DNA of 64,000 nt from IMG/VR virus record IMGVR_UViG_3300049217_000071, positions 62,001-126,000 of that record; one strand, written 5' to 3'. The first letter of the stretch is position 1; each line of letters starts with the position of its first letter. Below, piece after piece: positions 38,417 to 47,850 of the stretch. Below the pieces are notes generated by a model. It saw only the letters and a program-made list of their open reading frames with translations, did no database searches and had not been told where the DNA came from. The position numbers and the translations under genes are program-made.

Positions 38417-39880
38417 ATGGGAAGCGTCAAAGTTGAAGAATCTATTAAACAATGGACTCTTAACTATACTGACATAATTTTGAATAGTAATAAATTCTAT
38501 TCACTTGAGGTAGTTAAAACTAATAAAGGCTATTTCTTATACACCCAATATGGCAGGGTCGGAGGCACCAAAGCCAAGGAATATCGCCAATGCTCCGATC
38601 AAGCTGATGCCGAATCTGAAGCTACCAAAATCGTCAAAGCTAAAACCAAGAAAGGATATGTAGAAGTATCTTTGGTCAAGTCGGATGTCGGAAGTGATGC
38701 TGCCCAAGCTAAAATAGAAAAAGTCTCAGCTACCACTGAACAACTAAAGAAAGCTGGTATTACCGTTAAAGAAGAGCCTGCCGTTGCCAGCAAACTTCAT
38801 ACAGAGGTTCAGGATTTAGTCAGAACATGGTTCGGCGTAACTCAAGAGTTCGTCGATCTTAACCTTGACACATCCAAATGTTCTTTAGGACAACTTTCAA
38901 TTCTACAGATTACCAAAGGCAAAGACCTATTGGATGAAGCTCGCAAAATTGTTCATATGACAAAACCAGATGAACAAGAGCTTAATAAGTTGACTAATTC
39001 TTACTATAGCAATATTCCTCACAATTTTGGTTATACCAGAATTGATGCCAACGCTTTGCGTTTGGACTCAGACGTTAAGATTGATAAGGCTTTTGATATG
39101 CTTGACGTTCTAAATCAAGCTAAAGATGTCGAAGCAGTTATCTCCAAGAAGAGTGCAGTCGATGCACAGTATGCTACTCTCAATGCCGACCTTGAGTTCA
39201 TTGAGCAGGGTACTCCCACGTTCAAGTGGATTGAGAAGATGGTTCTGGAAACCCGAGCCAGCAACCACAGCGGCTTAGGTAAACTGAAGGTTCACAAGGT
39301 CTTCCGTGTCACTCGTCACGATGAGGACAAGCGATTCATTGAGAATTGCCAAGTCATCGCCAAGGAGTGCGGTAAGTTCGTGCCCTCTGATGTGTATGCT
39401 GGTTTGGTCAAGAACCGTCCTGATGTTCCCAAGGCATTGGAAGACCTCTACCACAAAGCAAATGTCCTTCCTGGTTGGCACGGAACTCGTAGAGCCAATA
39501 TGATTGGTATTACCACCAAGGGACTTCTTATTCGTCCTTCTGGTGTTATTCACGCTGGTAGTATGTTTGGAGATGGCTGTTATTTTGCTTCATCTTCGTC
39601 AAAATCAATTAATTATTGTGATGTTAAGGGATCATATTGGGCACAAGGAAATAATAAAACAGGATATCTATTTCTGTGTGATGTAGCTTTTGGAAATCAA
39701 AAAATGGCTACTGGCTCACATTATTATAATTCAAATAACATCAAGCCATATCACAGCGTATGGGCTAAAGCTGGTCAAGGCGGAGTTATTAATGATGAAA
39801 TGATTACTTACCATGCTACGGGACCAAATCAGCAGCATGCTATAAAATATATAATCGAGTTTGAGACGCAGGTGAAGTAA
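38417..39880 (+). CDS. PARP-family ADP-ribosyltransferase (WGR + regulatory + catalytic)
   Basis: NKFY..E, QYGRVG, K.KKGY; LGQLS..QI; YYS.IPH; WHGT, G.MFG.G.YFA..SSKS.NY, NDE (H-Y-E). Confidence 0.93.
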   Translation: MGSVKVEESIKQWTLNYTDIILNSNKFYSLEVVKTNKGYFLYTQYGRVGGTKAKEYRQCSDQADAESEATKIVKAKTKKGYVEVSLVKSDVGSDAAQAKIEKVSATTEQLKKAGITVKEEPAVASKLHTEVQDLVRTWFGVTQEFVDLNLDTSKCSLGQLSILQITKGKDLLDEARKIVHMTKPDEQELNKLTNSYYSNIPHNFGYTRIDANALRLDSDVKIDKAFDMLDVLNQAKDVEAVISKKSAVDAQYATLNADLEFIEQGTPTFKWIEKMVLETRASNHSGLGKLKVHKVFRVTRHDEDKRFIENCQVIAKECGKFVPSDVYAGLVKNRPDVPKALEDLYHKANVLPGWHGTRRANMIGITTKGLLIRPSGVIHAGSMFGDGCYFASSSSKSINYCDVKGSYWAQGNNKTGYLFLCDVAFGNQKMATGSHYYNSNNIKPYHSVWAKAGQGGVINDEMITYHATGPNQQHAIKYIIEFETQVK

Positions 39881-40140
39881 TGAAAACAGATGACGCTCTC
39901 TATAAAGAGATACAAAAAGATATAGCTAATGGTGTAGCGGTAGTTCTTCGAGAAACTATCACATTCGATGGTATAATCAAACAGCAATATATCGTAAGAA
40001 TGTTTTTAGATGGAATCAATATTATGCTTTGGAAATACTCAGACATCACATCTAGGTGGGAATCCAAGTCAATGAGTTGGCTACAGTTGGACGCGCAAGA
40101 AATAAAGACGCTACAAACATTTCTACTCAAGTTCAACTAA
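39880..40140 (+). CDS. hypothetical protein
   Basis: TAATG coupling to PARP. Confidence 0.55.
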   Translation: MKTDDALYKEIQKDIANGVAVVLRETITFDGIIKQQYIVRMFLDGINIMLWKYSDITSRWESKSMSWLQLDAQEIKTLQTFLLKFN

Positions 40141-40806
40141 GTGGGGCCAAGTAATTCCTCTAATAGCTCGTGAGATAGCTGATTCACTAACATTTAACAT
40201 TTTGCTCAGTTGAACGAATGTCATCCCTTCTCGATGTAATTTTCGTGCTTGAAGAACGATTTCGTCGGTAAGTTTGGCAAAGCTATTGGCACTACCTAAG
40301 ATTTTTTTACCATAGAATGGATTATCGGCCCCAAAGAACTTTCTATTTGGATTTTGGCTCATTAGCTGTTTAGATTGTTGGCTGTGTTGTTTTCCGAAGA
40401 AACTGTTTCCGGCACCCTGTCTTTGTTCTGACATTGATTGTTTGGTTTCTTCTGAATGATGTTTTCCGAGCATACTTGGTGTTCGAGGTTTTATCACTAC
40501 CGTTTTGGTAGCTAACTGTCCGCCTCCCGTTAGGTTATAGCCAAACTCTTTTTTGTTAGACCGGAAAAATTGAACCCAAAATTGTTCAGCCTCATCTATT
40601 GTTTCTTTTGTGTGTTGCTCAATTTCTATAAACTCAAAATTATCTAAACCATATTTTCTGATGCTTCGATATATTGGCTTGTTGTTGAGCTTCGTGAAAG
40701 CTTCGTATTTATGGCGGCCCTGGCGCCTTTTCATATTGTTAGTTTGCCCTACATAAAGTTTTGAGTTTGTTTTGTTGCGGATAATATAGATAGAATACAT
40801 AGTCAT
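40123..40806 (-). mobile_element. GIY-YIG endonuclease gene (NUMOD3-like repeats)
   Basis: SIY.I.N..N.KLYVGQT, GYNLT.GG, GKHHSEETK, FFGKQHS. Confidence 0.92.
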
Positions 40807-40867
40807 ATTCCTATATCATCATATTGATAGGATGTGGCGGTGCAGGCCGAAATAAGTCGAGGAAATA

Positions 40868-41350
40868 TTGATCGAAATAATTACTGGCGACCTCTTGGCG
40901 TCTAAAGAAAAGTATCTGTTGCATCAGACTAACTGTATCTCTACCAAAGGTGCAGCCGGAGTTGCCAAATCTATTTTTGATAAGTATCCTTATGCTGATT
41001 GCTATGCTGATCGTATCGAAACGTCCAAGCCCGGAACAATCGATATTCGGGGTAATGATCAAGATCAGAGGTTGATAATCAATCTTCACGGTCAGTATTA
41101 TCCTGGTCGCTCCCGATATCCTCTTTCAAGTTTAGATGGTCTAGCTCCTCGTCAGAAATACTTTTACAATGGTTTATTGCGTGTAGCCAAGATCGAGAAC
41201 CTGAAAAGTATAGCATTGCCTTGGAGGGTTGGTTGTGGTCTTGGTGGCGGAGACTGGGAATGGTATTTGGGAACGCTGACTAACTTCGCTAACTATGTAG
41301 GTGAAAAGGGCGTCAGAGTTTGTGTTTACCGTAGAGAAGGAGACGAGTAA
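40868..41350 (+). CDS. macrodomain ADP-ribose hydrolase
   Basis: I.GDLL, HQTNC, GAAGVAK.I, SIALP..VGCGLGGG.W. Confidence 0.92.
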   Translation: MIEIITGDLLASKEKYLLHQTNCISTKGAAGVAKSIFDKYPYADCYADRIETSKPGTIDIRGNDQDQRLIINLHGQYYPGRSRYPLSSLDGLAPRQKYFYNGLLRVAKIENLKSIALPWRVGCGLGGGDWEWYLGTLTNFANYVGEKGVRVCVYRREGDE

Positions 41351-41781
41351 TGGCTATCAAATTCTATCGCACTAAAGATCCGCACGGGTATATGGGCAAC
41401 TTCTATCGAGCTAGAATGTTCATCTATGGCCGTTGGTGGAACTGGGTGGAGTCTCCTTATCAGGCAGAGAAGAGTTTAGATCGAGCGGAACAGGATATGA
41501 TCTGGCAGGCACAGAAGCCAATGGAGGCCAGAGACCTGGGACAGAAGGTCAAGATGCGAGAGGGCTGGGATCTCGTCAAGGATATGGTGATGTATGATTG
41601 CGTCATGGCCAAGTTCTTGCAACACAAGAACATCCGCGACCAATTGATCGCTACCGGAGACGAAGAGCTAATCGAAGATTCACCCGTCGATTGGTATTGG
41701 GGTTGCGGCAAAGATGGAACTGGACAGAATCATCTGGGCCAGATTCTTATGCGAGTTAGAAAAGAGTTGCAGGGCGAGTAA
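41350..41781 (+). CDS. NADAR (YbiA) family protein
   Basis: FY, NF, VE..YQA.K, W..VK..VM, AKF.QH, L..TG...L.E.SP.D.YWG, GQN.LG.ILM.VR. Confidence 0.95.
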   Translation: MAIKFYRTKDPHGYMGNFYRARMFIYGRWWNWVESPYQAEKSLDRAEQDMIWQAQKPMEARDLGQKVKMREGWDLVKDMVMYDCVMAKFLQHKNIRDQLIATGDEELIEDSPVDWYWGCGKDGTGQNHLGQILMRVRKELQGE

Positions 41782-41795
41782 ATTATCGCTGGCCC

Positions 41796-41823
41796 TTGAC
41801 ACGGTATTTACAGGATTTAGGTT
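41796..41823 (+). promoter_or_regulatory. sigma70-type promoter
   Basis: TTGACA-16nt-TAGGTT. Confidence 0.6.
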
Positions 41824-41849
41824 CATCAAACATTTCAGGAGAAAACAAA

Positions 41850-42344
41850 ATGGCTACTTTAGAAGATACGGTTCGTTCGGTTGTGCAGGATTTCATCAAC
41901 AATGCCACGCTCTTTACAGCGTTGGATGTCAGCAATGCGGTCAAGCAGTCGCTCCCCAATGCTCGCCACCGTGAGGTGAGGGACGTGGTGCGCAATATGT
42001 TCTGCTCTGACATCGAGTCGCAGGGTTGGGCTCGTAAGGGTATTACGGTCAATCTGGAGGACGGCACTACGGCCGAGGCTCTTCTGTATCATCCCGCCAG
42101 CGATGCCTGGGACTTGGATACCAAGTATGATGATCAGAAGCGTGCTCAAACTTCCTTCCGCCCCGTGGTGGCAGCACAAGCCGCTTTGGCTCAGGCAGTT
42201 GCTTTGGCTCCGGTTGTTGCTACGTCCGGTCCCGCTTCAACCCCAGCTCCTGCTGCTATGGCTTCGACTCCTATGCCGAATGCCAGAACCATGTGGGACG
42301 ATATGTTCAAGACGCAGCCCTCTCTTTTCCCGGTGAAGTCGTGA
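41850..42344 (+). CDS. hypothetical protein
   Basis: AGGAG RBS; Ala/Pro-rich tail. Confidence 0.7.
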   Translation: MATLEDTVRSVVQDFINNATLFTALDVSNAVKQSLPNARHREVRDVVRNMFCSDIESQGWARKGITVNLEDGTTAEALLYHPASDAWDLDTKYDDQKRAQTSFRPVVAAQAALAQAVALAPVVATSGPASTPAPAAMASTPMPNARTMWDDMFKTQPSLFPVKS

Positions 42345-42571
42345 AAGTCAAGTTGCAAGGCCGCGCCACCAACATCAAACGTGGTGATGAGTTTACGGAG
42401 GTAACCTTGGCTTTTCAAGGCAAGGTGCTGAACACCAGGTTCATCGTAGCCAAAGAAACTACGATGCAAGTGGAGTTGAAGATCAAGTCAGTCATTGCTG
42501 ATGAAATCAAGTTCGGCTCTCTCTTCACGGTTACCTTGGATGACGAGACGCACGAAGAACGCCTGGACTAA
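42341..42571 (+). CDS. hypothetical protein
   Basis: GTGA coupling. Confidence 0.6.
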   Translation: MKVKLQGRATNIKRGDEFTEVTLAFQGKVLNTRFIVAKETTMQVELKIKSVIADEIKFGSLFTVTLDDETHEERLD

Positions 42572-42573
42572 CG

Positions 42574-43383
42574 ATGTATCGGCAAACCAATGTCATCTAC
42601 TATCGTGGAATAGAGTTTGAGCGAGAAGAGTTAGTTCACGCCCAAAAACTTTTTACCTGCACTAACCGATTGCCAGAGATCCATAAAGGAGATTTGGTGA
42701 TCGGTAGGTATTCTCTGTATCCATTCTATGCGGATCAAGAGAAAGATATCGAGTATCTGGGCGCTACACTCATCAATTCTTATCAGCAGCACCGCTACAT
42801 TGCGGACTTGCAAAACTATGTGTATGACTTGCAAGATCTAACTCCCAAGACTTGGGATGATCTGCAAAGCATTCCTGAGGTAGGTCCTTTTGTCATCAAG
42901 GGAGAAACCAACTCTCGTAAGTCTAACTGGCTACGAGATATGTATGCTCCCGACAAGAAGGCGGCCATTGATATCTGTAATCGATTGGGTAATGATGGGC
43001 TGATGCAACAGCAGAAGCTTTACATCCGACAGTATGTGCCTTTGGCCAAGTTGTTGGACGGTGTCAATGGCATGCCTGTCACGATGGAGTTTCGCTTCTT
43101 TGTCGCCTGTCAAAAACTATTGTGCGGCGGCTACTATTGGCAAAACTATGTGGATGATTTACCGGCCAAACCCAGTGAGACGCAAGTTCCACTTGATTTC
43201 CTCAACAAAGTCATTACTCGTGTGGGAGATAAGTCTAACTTCTACGTCATTGACGTGGGGCTGACACAAAGTGGTGAGTGGATTGTTATTGAGCTGAATG
43301 ATGGCCAGCAATCTGGTCTCTCTTGTATTGATCCGGCCGAACTATACCAGAAGTTGGGTTTGGTCATTGAGGGATTGATCTAA
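42574..43383 (+). CDS. ATP-grasp protein (R2K/DUF4343-like)
   Basis: FVIKG, EFRFF, FYVIDVG, WIVIELNDGQ.SGL. Confidence 0.85.
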   Translation: MYRQTNVIYYRGIEFEREELVHAQKLFTCTNRLPEIHKGDLVIGRYSLYPFYADQEKDIEYLGATLINSYQQHRYIADLQNYVYDLQDLTPKTWDDLQSIPEVGPFVIKGETNSRKSNWLRDMYAPDKKAAIDICNRLGNDGLMQQQKLYIRQYVPLAKLLDGVNGMPVTMEFRFFVACQKLLCGGYYWQNYVDDLPAKPSETQVPLDFLNKVITRVGDKSNFYVIDVGLTQSGEWIVIELNDGQQSGLSCIDPAELYQKLGLVIEGLI

Positions 43384-44043
43384 TCAGCGATTCTTAGCGG
43401 ATGGAACGGCCGGGTAAGTAATTGGTTCATTACCAGCCGAAGGTAATGTATCATCAAATGATTCTGGTGGAATGATGCTGGTTCCCTGAGGGCTCGTCGG
43501 TTGCCGTTGTGCCGGTGGTGGTGCTGGTGGTCTCACAGTATCACGCAATTGAATCAGTGGGTTGTCTTTCAGATAAGATTGAAGAACGTTGCCCAAAGAC
43601 TTTAGCTTACGAATCCCTAAGTTTTTAGGATGCACCACACGTGCACCCGTTTGGAAATCTTCGTTGGTACCTTGCAGGTGTTTACTAGTAGTTTCGATGA
43701 GATGGTCAATGACTTCTTTATCGGGGCTGGTTGAAGTAAACTGCACCACTTTTTCTGCCACTTTCTGAGCCTCACGAGGATGAATTTTTACCTCGTTATA
43801 TAGGCGCATAAGCTCTCGGTGCACCTTCATAATGTGTCGCAAAATTTGAGGGTCCATCTTGCGTTCCCACAAGACTCGGAGATCGCCTTCAATTTCATTT
43901 GCAATACCAAAGAGTTTGGACTCCAGGGTTCGGCCCAAACGCTCTAATCTGGCTTGTTCAGCCTCAAAAGGAGTCTGTGCCACTAAATCAGCGATTTTGG
44001 CAAGCATTTGATTGGCGAGTTGGATAACTTCTTGATGAGACAT
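43384..44043 (-). CDS. hypothetical protein
   Basis: 219-aa ORF; N-terminal QLANQMLAKIA. Confidence 0.7.
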   Translation of the reverse strand: MSHQEVIQLANQMLAKIADLVAQTPFEAEQARLERLGRTLESKLFGIANEIEGDLRVLWERKMDPQILRHIMKVHRELMRLYNEVKIHPREAQKVAEKVVQFTSTSPDKEVIDHLIETTSKHLQGTNEDFQTGARVVHPKNLGIRKLKSLGNVLQSYLKDNPLIQLRDTVRPPAPPPAQRQPTSPQGTSIIPPESFDDTLPSAGNEPITYPAVPSAKNR

Positions 44044-44051
44044 ATAGGTAT

Positions 44052-44678
44052 ATGAAATTATTCAATACTGTTCAAGAGCTATGGTCGTATTGCGCCTTTT
44101 GTCCCCTCTGCGAGGATATTTGCCGTGACGTCATTGTAGATGTAGCGATGGACTCCGATTTCAATATTGAGACCTCTTTCGAGAAGAAGGATCAATTCCT
44201 TCACATAACTTGTGAGAGGCGTTTGTGGAGAAGCCGCCCCATCGATAAGAAAAAGAACAGGACGCACGAAACTGTTTGTAAGTATGTGATTGATTGCACG
44301 AAAAACACTTTCACGCTGTTATCTCAACCCGATACGCCAGAACAGGCATCCTGTTATATACAGAGTATGTGTGAGTCATGCGCTAACACTTTTACTTACG
44401 GTGCAGATATGGAACTGTATGCACATAGTCAAAAGGTTTTCAATATTGGGTTGGAGCGGGAGTCAATTGAATTGTCTGATGACACCCACAGATATGAACT
44501 CAACTACTATTACAGCAATGACACGCCACCAGGCGTAGGTATGTTTGTTTACCGCAGTCTTTTAGATGCGGAAGGCGATCCCGACAATTTGGGCATCAAA
44601 CTTCCTCTCATGGAATTAGATTTCTACGACCCTAAGAAAGTCATCAACAAACTCAAGACACTTATTCTTTTCAGCTAA
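44052..44678 (+). CDS. CxxC protein with C-terminal KLKTLILFS
   Basis: shared C-terminus. Confidence 0.7.
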   Translation: MKLFNTVQELWSYCAFCPLCEDICRDVIVDVAMDSDFNIETSFEKKDQFLHITCERRLWRSRPIDKKKNRTHETVCKYVIDCTKNTFTLLSQPDTPEQASCYIQSMCESCANTFTYGADMELYAHSQKVFNIGLERESIELSDDTHRYELNYYYSNDTPPGVGMFVYRSLLDAEGDPDNLGIKLPLMELDFYDPKKVINKLKTLILFS

Positions 44679-44687
44679 GGAGTTCCT

Positions 44688-44891
44688 ATGTCTACCTTCC
44701 ACGAAGCCAATCAAGTCCGTCTGGCACTCAAGATGAAACTTTCTCAACACGCTTGGTATAACAGCAGCGTTGTCCTGTCTTCCGAAGATGGATATAGCAT
44801 TCTGGTCCGGGTCAAGCAGGTCGACAATAAAGTCCGTAAGATTATCGCACCCGTCATAGACGGTGTTAGTATAAAGGTAGAAGGCGAATGA
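44688..44891 (+). CDS. hypothetical protein
   Basis: AAGGAG RBS. Confidence 0.65.
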   Translation: MSTFHEANQVRLALKMKLSQHAWYNSSVVLSSEDGYSILVRVKQVDNKVRKIIAPVIDGVSIKVEGE

Positions 44892-45541
44892 CACTCAAGA
44901 TAGTAGCAATAAGTGATACGCACTCTCATCACCGCAAGCTGAGCTTGCCCGATGGGGATGTTCTCATTCATGCCGGAGATATCTCCTGGCGTGGCGAGCT
45001 TCCTATCATCGAGGACTTTGCTGCCTGGTTGAAAGAGCAGCCGCACAAGAAGAAGATTGTTATCTTCGGTAATCACGAGATCGGTTTTCAGCACGGCTAT
45101 AAGAGGCCGATGGCTATCAAATTGATCCAAGACGCCGGTGCCATCTATTTGGAGAACAGTGGCGTGGAGATTGACGGCGTCAATTTCTATGGTTCCCCAG
45201 TGCAGCCGTGGTTCCACGATTGGGAGTGGAACTATCAGCGAGGTCCCGAGATTGCAGCAATTTGGGCCCAGATTCCTACAAATACCAACGTGCTCATCAC
45301 CCACGGCCCGCCCTATCTAATTATGGACGAAGCTCCTCGGGGAGTCTTTGATCACGAGAATGTAGGTTGTAAAGACTTGATGAACAGACTGGGAGATTTG
45401 CCCGATCTGAAAGCTCATGTCTTTGGTCATATCCACGCAGGCTATGGCACCCGACAGATCGGTCCTTGCCTCTTTGTCAATGCCGCTTCCTGCACGGAAC
45501 AATATGCGGCCACTAACCCACCCATTGTATTCGAGGTGTAA
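44888..45541 (+). CDS. calcineurin-like metallophosphoesterase
   Basis: SDTH, HAGD, GNHE, THGPP, FGHIH. Confidence 0.93.
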   Translation: MTLKIVAISDTHSHHRKLSLPDGDVLIHAGDISWRGELPIIEDFAAWLKEQPHKKKIVIFGNHEIGFQHGYKRPMAIKLIQDAGAIYLENSGVEIDGVNFYGSPVQPWFHDWEWNYQRGPEIAAIWAQIPTNTNVLITHGPPYLIMDEAPRGVFDHENVGCKDLMNRLGDLPDLKAHVFGHIHAGYGTRQIGPCLFVNAASCTEQYAATNPPIVFEV

Positions 45542-45542
45542 G

Positions 45543-45974
45543 ATGAAAGTCAAGCCTAAAGAAATTATGGTAGTGCTACCGGCTGCTCATCTCTTCCAGT
45601 CCGAGGATGAGATGGCCAGCTTTGCTTCCGCTATCAATACCATCATTCACGGCAAGGTCAAGATCAAATACGAAGTGCTGGGCCAATTGGGCGGCCAGTA
45701 TGTCGGGCTCTTCTACATTCAGAGGAACAACGAGTCGCAGGAAATTCACGATGAGTTTGTTCGTCTGATTGAACAGGAAGAGATTAGAGATCATTTTTCG
45801 GGGGAAGAATTGCCGGAAGATGATGAGATGCAAGTTTCAGATGCCGGCGCCACCATATTTCATCGAATCTGTCCTGACTGTGATGCATTGAGTATGCTAC
45901 ACCAAAAAGGTCTTCAGCACTGTGAGTGTGGTGAAGATTGGGTGAATGGCCGATGTGAATCTCGAAGGGAATAA
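45543..45974 (+). CDS. hypothetical protein with C-terminal Zn ribbon
   Basis: CPDC...CECG. Confidence 0.6.
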   Translation: MKVKPKEIMVVLPAAHLFQSEDEMASFASAINTIIHGKVKIKYEVLGQLGGQYVGLFYIQRNNESQEIHDEFVRLIEQEEIRDHFSGEELPEDDEMQVSDAGATIFHRICPDCDALSMLHQKGLQHCECGEDWVNGRCESRRE

Positions 45975-45980
45975 ATCAAA

Positions 45981-46025
45981 ATGATTGTTGCATTCACGGG
46001 TCATCGACCTGACAAGCTGGCGTAA
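45981..46025 (+). pseudogene. orphaned N-terminal stub of the SLOG/YspA gene
   Basis: MIVAFTGHRPDKLA* vs MIVAFTGHRPEKIGG. Confidence 0.93.
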
Positions 46026-46045
46026 GCCGCGATATATACCTTTGT

Positions 46046-46750
46046 ATGAAGGCAACCGTAGAAAAAGTCATCCAAACTTATCTTGAAGTAAAAAGTATCC
46101 GTAAAGCCGCCGAATTGACAGGCTATTCAAAATCTGGTGTTCAGCATTTGTTGACGACCAATAATGTCGCCTTGTTTCCACGCAGCAGGGGTGGGGCCGA
46201 AAATTCTTCTCGCAAAGCCATTTTGGATTTGGACGCTTCTAATCCAAGAAGGTTAGTTCGTAATACCGGCTATATGACGGATTTATACATTGACAAGAAG
46301 ATGTCAGTCCCTGAAATTGCTCTCCAATTAGGAATAAGTACCGCAACAGTTTTTACTGGTTTAGAACGGTGTGGCATTGCATCAAGAACAATAGAAGAAG
46401 CATTGACCGGTAAGCCAAGGCCAGCCTCACAAGGATCCAAAAACCATAACTGGAAAGGTGGACTATCTGGCTGGAGGAAACTGGCCCGTGGTAGGCTCAA
46501 CGAACATTTTGTTCGCCCAATAATGAAACGAGATAACTTCTCCTGTCAGTGGTGTGGCTCGAAGAAGAATATCGTAGTTCATCACCACAAACGCTCGTTT
46601 ATGGAGATTGTCAATCTAGTCAGACAACAGTGTGATGAAAAAGATATAGACCAGTTTGTCAAACTCATAATTAGCGAACATTCATTAGATGACGGAATTA
46701 CGCTTTGCAAGAAGTGCCACGACAATCACCATAAGGAACACGGGAAATGA
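46046..46750 (+). mobile_element. free-standing HNH endonuclease gene
   Basis: two HTH, NHNWKGG, RDNF.CQWCG, VHH, GITLCKKCH...H. Confidence 0.9.
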
Positions 46751-47220
46751 TAGTAGCTTTTACGGGTCATAGGCCAGAAAAAATCGGAGGATACAGACTC
46801 CCTAACCCCACTTACATTCACGTCTGTCAAGAGATCGAAAAGACTCTGACGGAACTCCGGCCCTATATGGTCATCACGGGAATGGCTTTGGGTGTCGACC
46901 AATGGGCAGCTAACATAGCCCGTAAGATGAAGATTCCTTATATCGCTGCCATTCCTTTCGAGGGCCAAGAGTCCAAATGGCCTAAGCGGAGTCAGCGGAC
47001 TTATCGCGCTCTCCGTAAGCTGGCTATGGGTGAAACCATTGTCAGCCCTGGAGAGTACTCGGTAGAGAAGATGCAGATCCGTAATCAGTGGATGGTAGAT
47101 AACGCGGATGCCGTCATTGCCGTGTGGGATGGAACTCGGGGTGGAACCAAGAACTGTATTGAGTATGCTAAATCTCAGAACAAGCAAATTTATTACATTG
47201 ACCCGCGCCTTGACAAGTGA
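46747..47220 (+). CDS. SLOG superfamily YspA/DUF1273 protein
   Basis: FTGHRP, GMALGVDQWAA, PF.GQ...W, RN.WMVD, VWDG..GGT.NC..YA. Confidence 0.9.
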   Translation: MIVAFTGHRPEKIGGYRLPNPTYIHVCQEIEKTLTELRPYMVITGMALGVDQWAANIARKMKIPYIAAIPFEGQESKWPKRSQRTYRALRKLAMGETIVSPGEYSVEKMQIRNQWMVDNADAVIAVWDGTRGGTKNCIEYAKSQNKQIYYIDPRLDK

Positions 47221-47429
47221 ATTGGTGGTAATTATGCTCTTACAACCGTGCCACGAATTATCCGACTTTCCAGTGAAGCTTTGGTGGCCTGATACTGTTG
47301 TAGGTGCACTGATATGCACTGTGATATGTCTGGTGATTATTACGGTGATTTGGGCACTGGCCGCTCTCTATATAAAGATTTTCGATCTCTAAGGTTGGCA
47401 ATATCGAGATATATTAGAGACACAGGAAT

Positions 47430-47513
47430 GCCTATGTGGCGGAATGGCAGACGCGCTCGTCTCAAACACGAGTCCCGAAAGGGGTGTGGGTTCGACTCCC
47501 ACCATCGGTACCA
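47430..47513 (+). tRNA. tRNA-Leu (CAA)
   Basis: ctcgt-ctCAAac-acgag, long variable arm, CCA. Confidence 0.93.
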
Positions 47514-47514
47514 A

Positions 47515-47775
47515 TCATTTCAGGTTCTTGTAAGTCTTGATTCCCCTTCGTAGCAGTATTCTTCCCAATGTAGAATTGGTGATTTCGTTCTCAAAGAACT
47601 CTTCGTTGATATTATTGATGTCTTCTAAATCTGAAGCACTTACTCTAATGTTGAGCTGATAGGTATAAGTGTATCCATCATTGGCGGGAAAGCCAGGATG
47701 TCCTGGAAATCGTTTTCCATAACCATCACTGTAGCCGTCATTATCAACATTGTATATGTGTTTGTTTTTAGGCAT
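47515..47775 (-). CDS. possible ribbon-helix-helix DNA-binding protein
   Basis: AAGGAGG RBS; LNIRVS..D...I.......STLGR.LL..G. Confidence 0.5.
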   Translation of the reverse strand: MPKNKHIYNVDNDGYSDGYGKRFPGHPGFPANDGYTYTYQLNIRVSASDLEDINNINEEFFENEITNSTLGRILLRRGIKTYKNLK

Positions 47776-47850
47776 TTAGCCTCCTTGTTAGTTTCGTTAG
47801 GCTCGTTAGCTTTCCTACTCATAACTCTTTATTGATAGATCCGGTGCAAA

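Noticed and set aside
40807-40870. Duplicated terminus at the GIY-YIG insertions (also 61075-61737); LIGCGGAG resembling an FtsZ motif
   Set aside because: No translated match to the flanking genes; the peptide is too short to support.
10150-46791. Group I introns or inteins explaining the split gene ends
   Set aside because: Too little non-coding sequence for a ribozyme core, two endonucleases are antisense, none is in frame with the host gene, and the ends are duplicated rather than simply split. Not excluded without RNA data.
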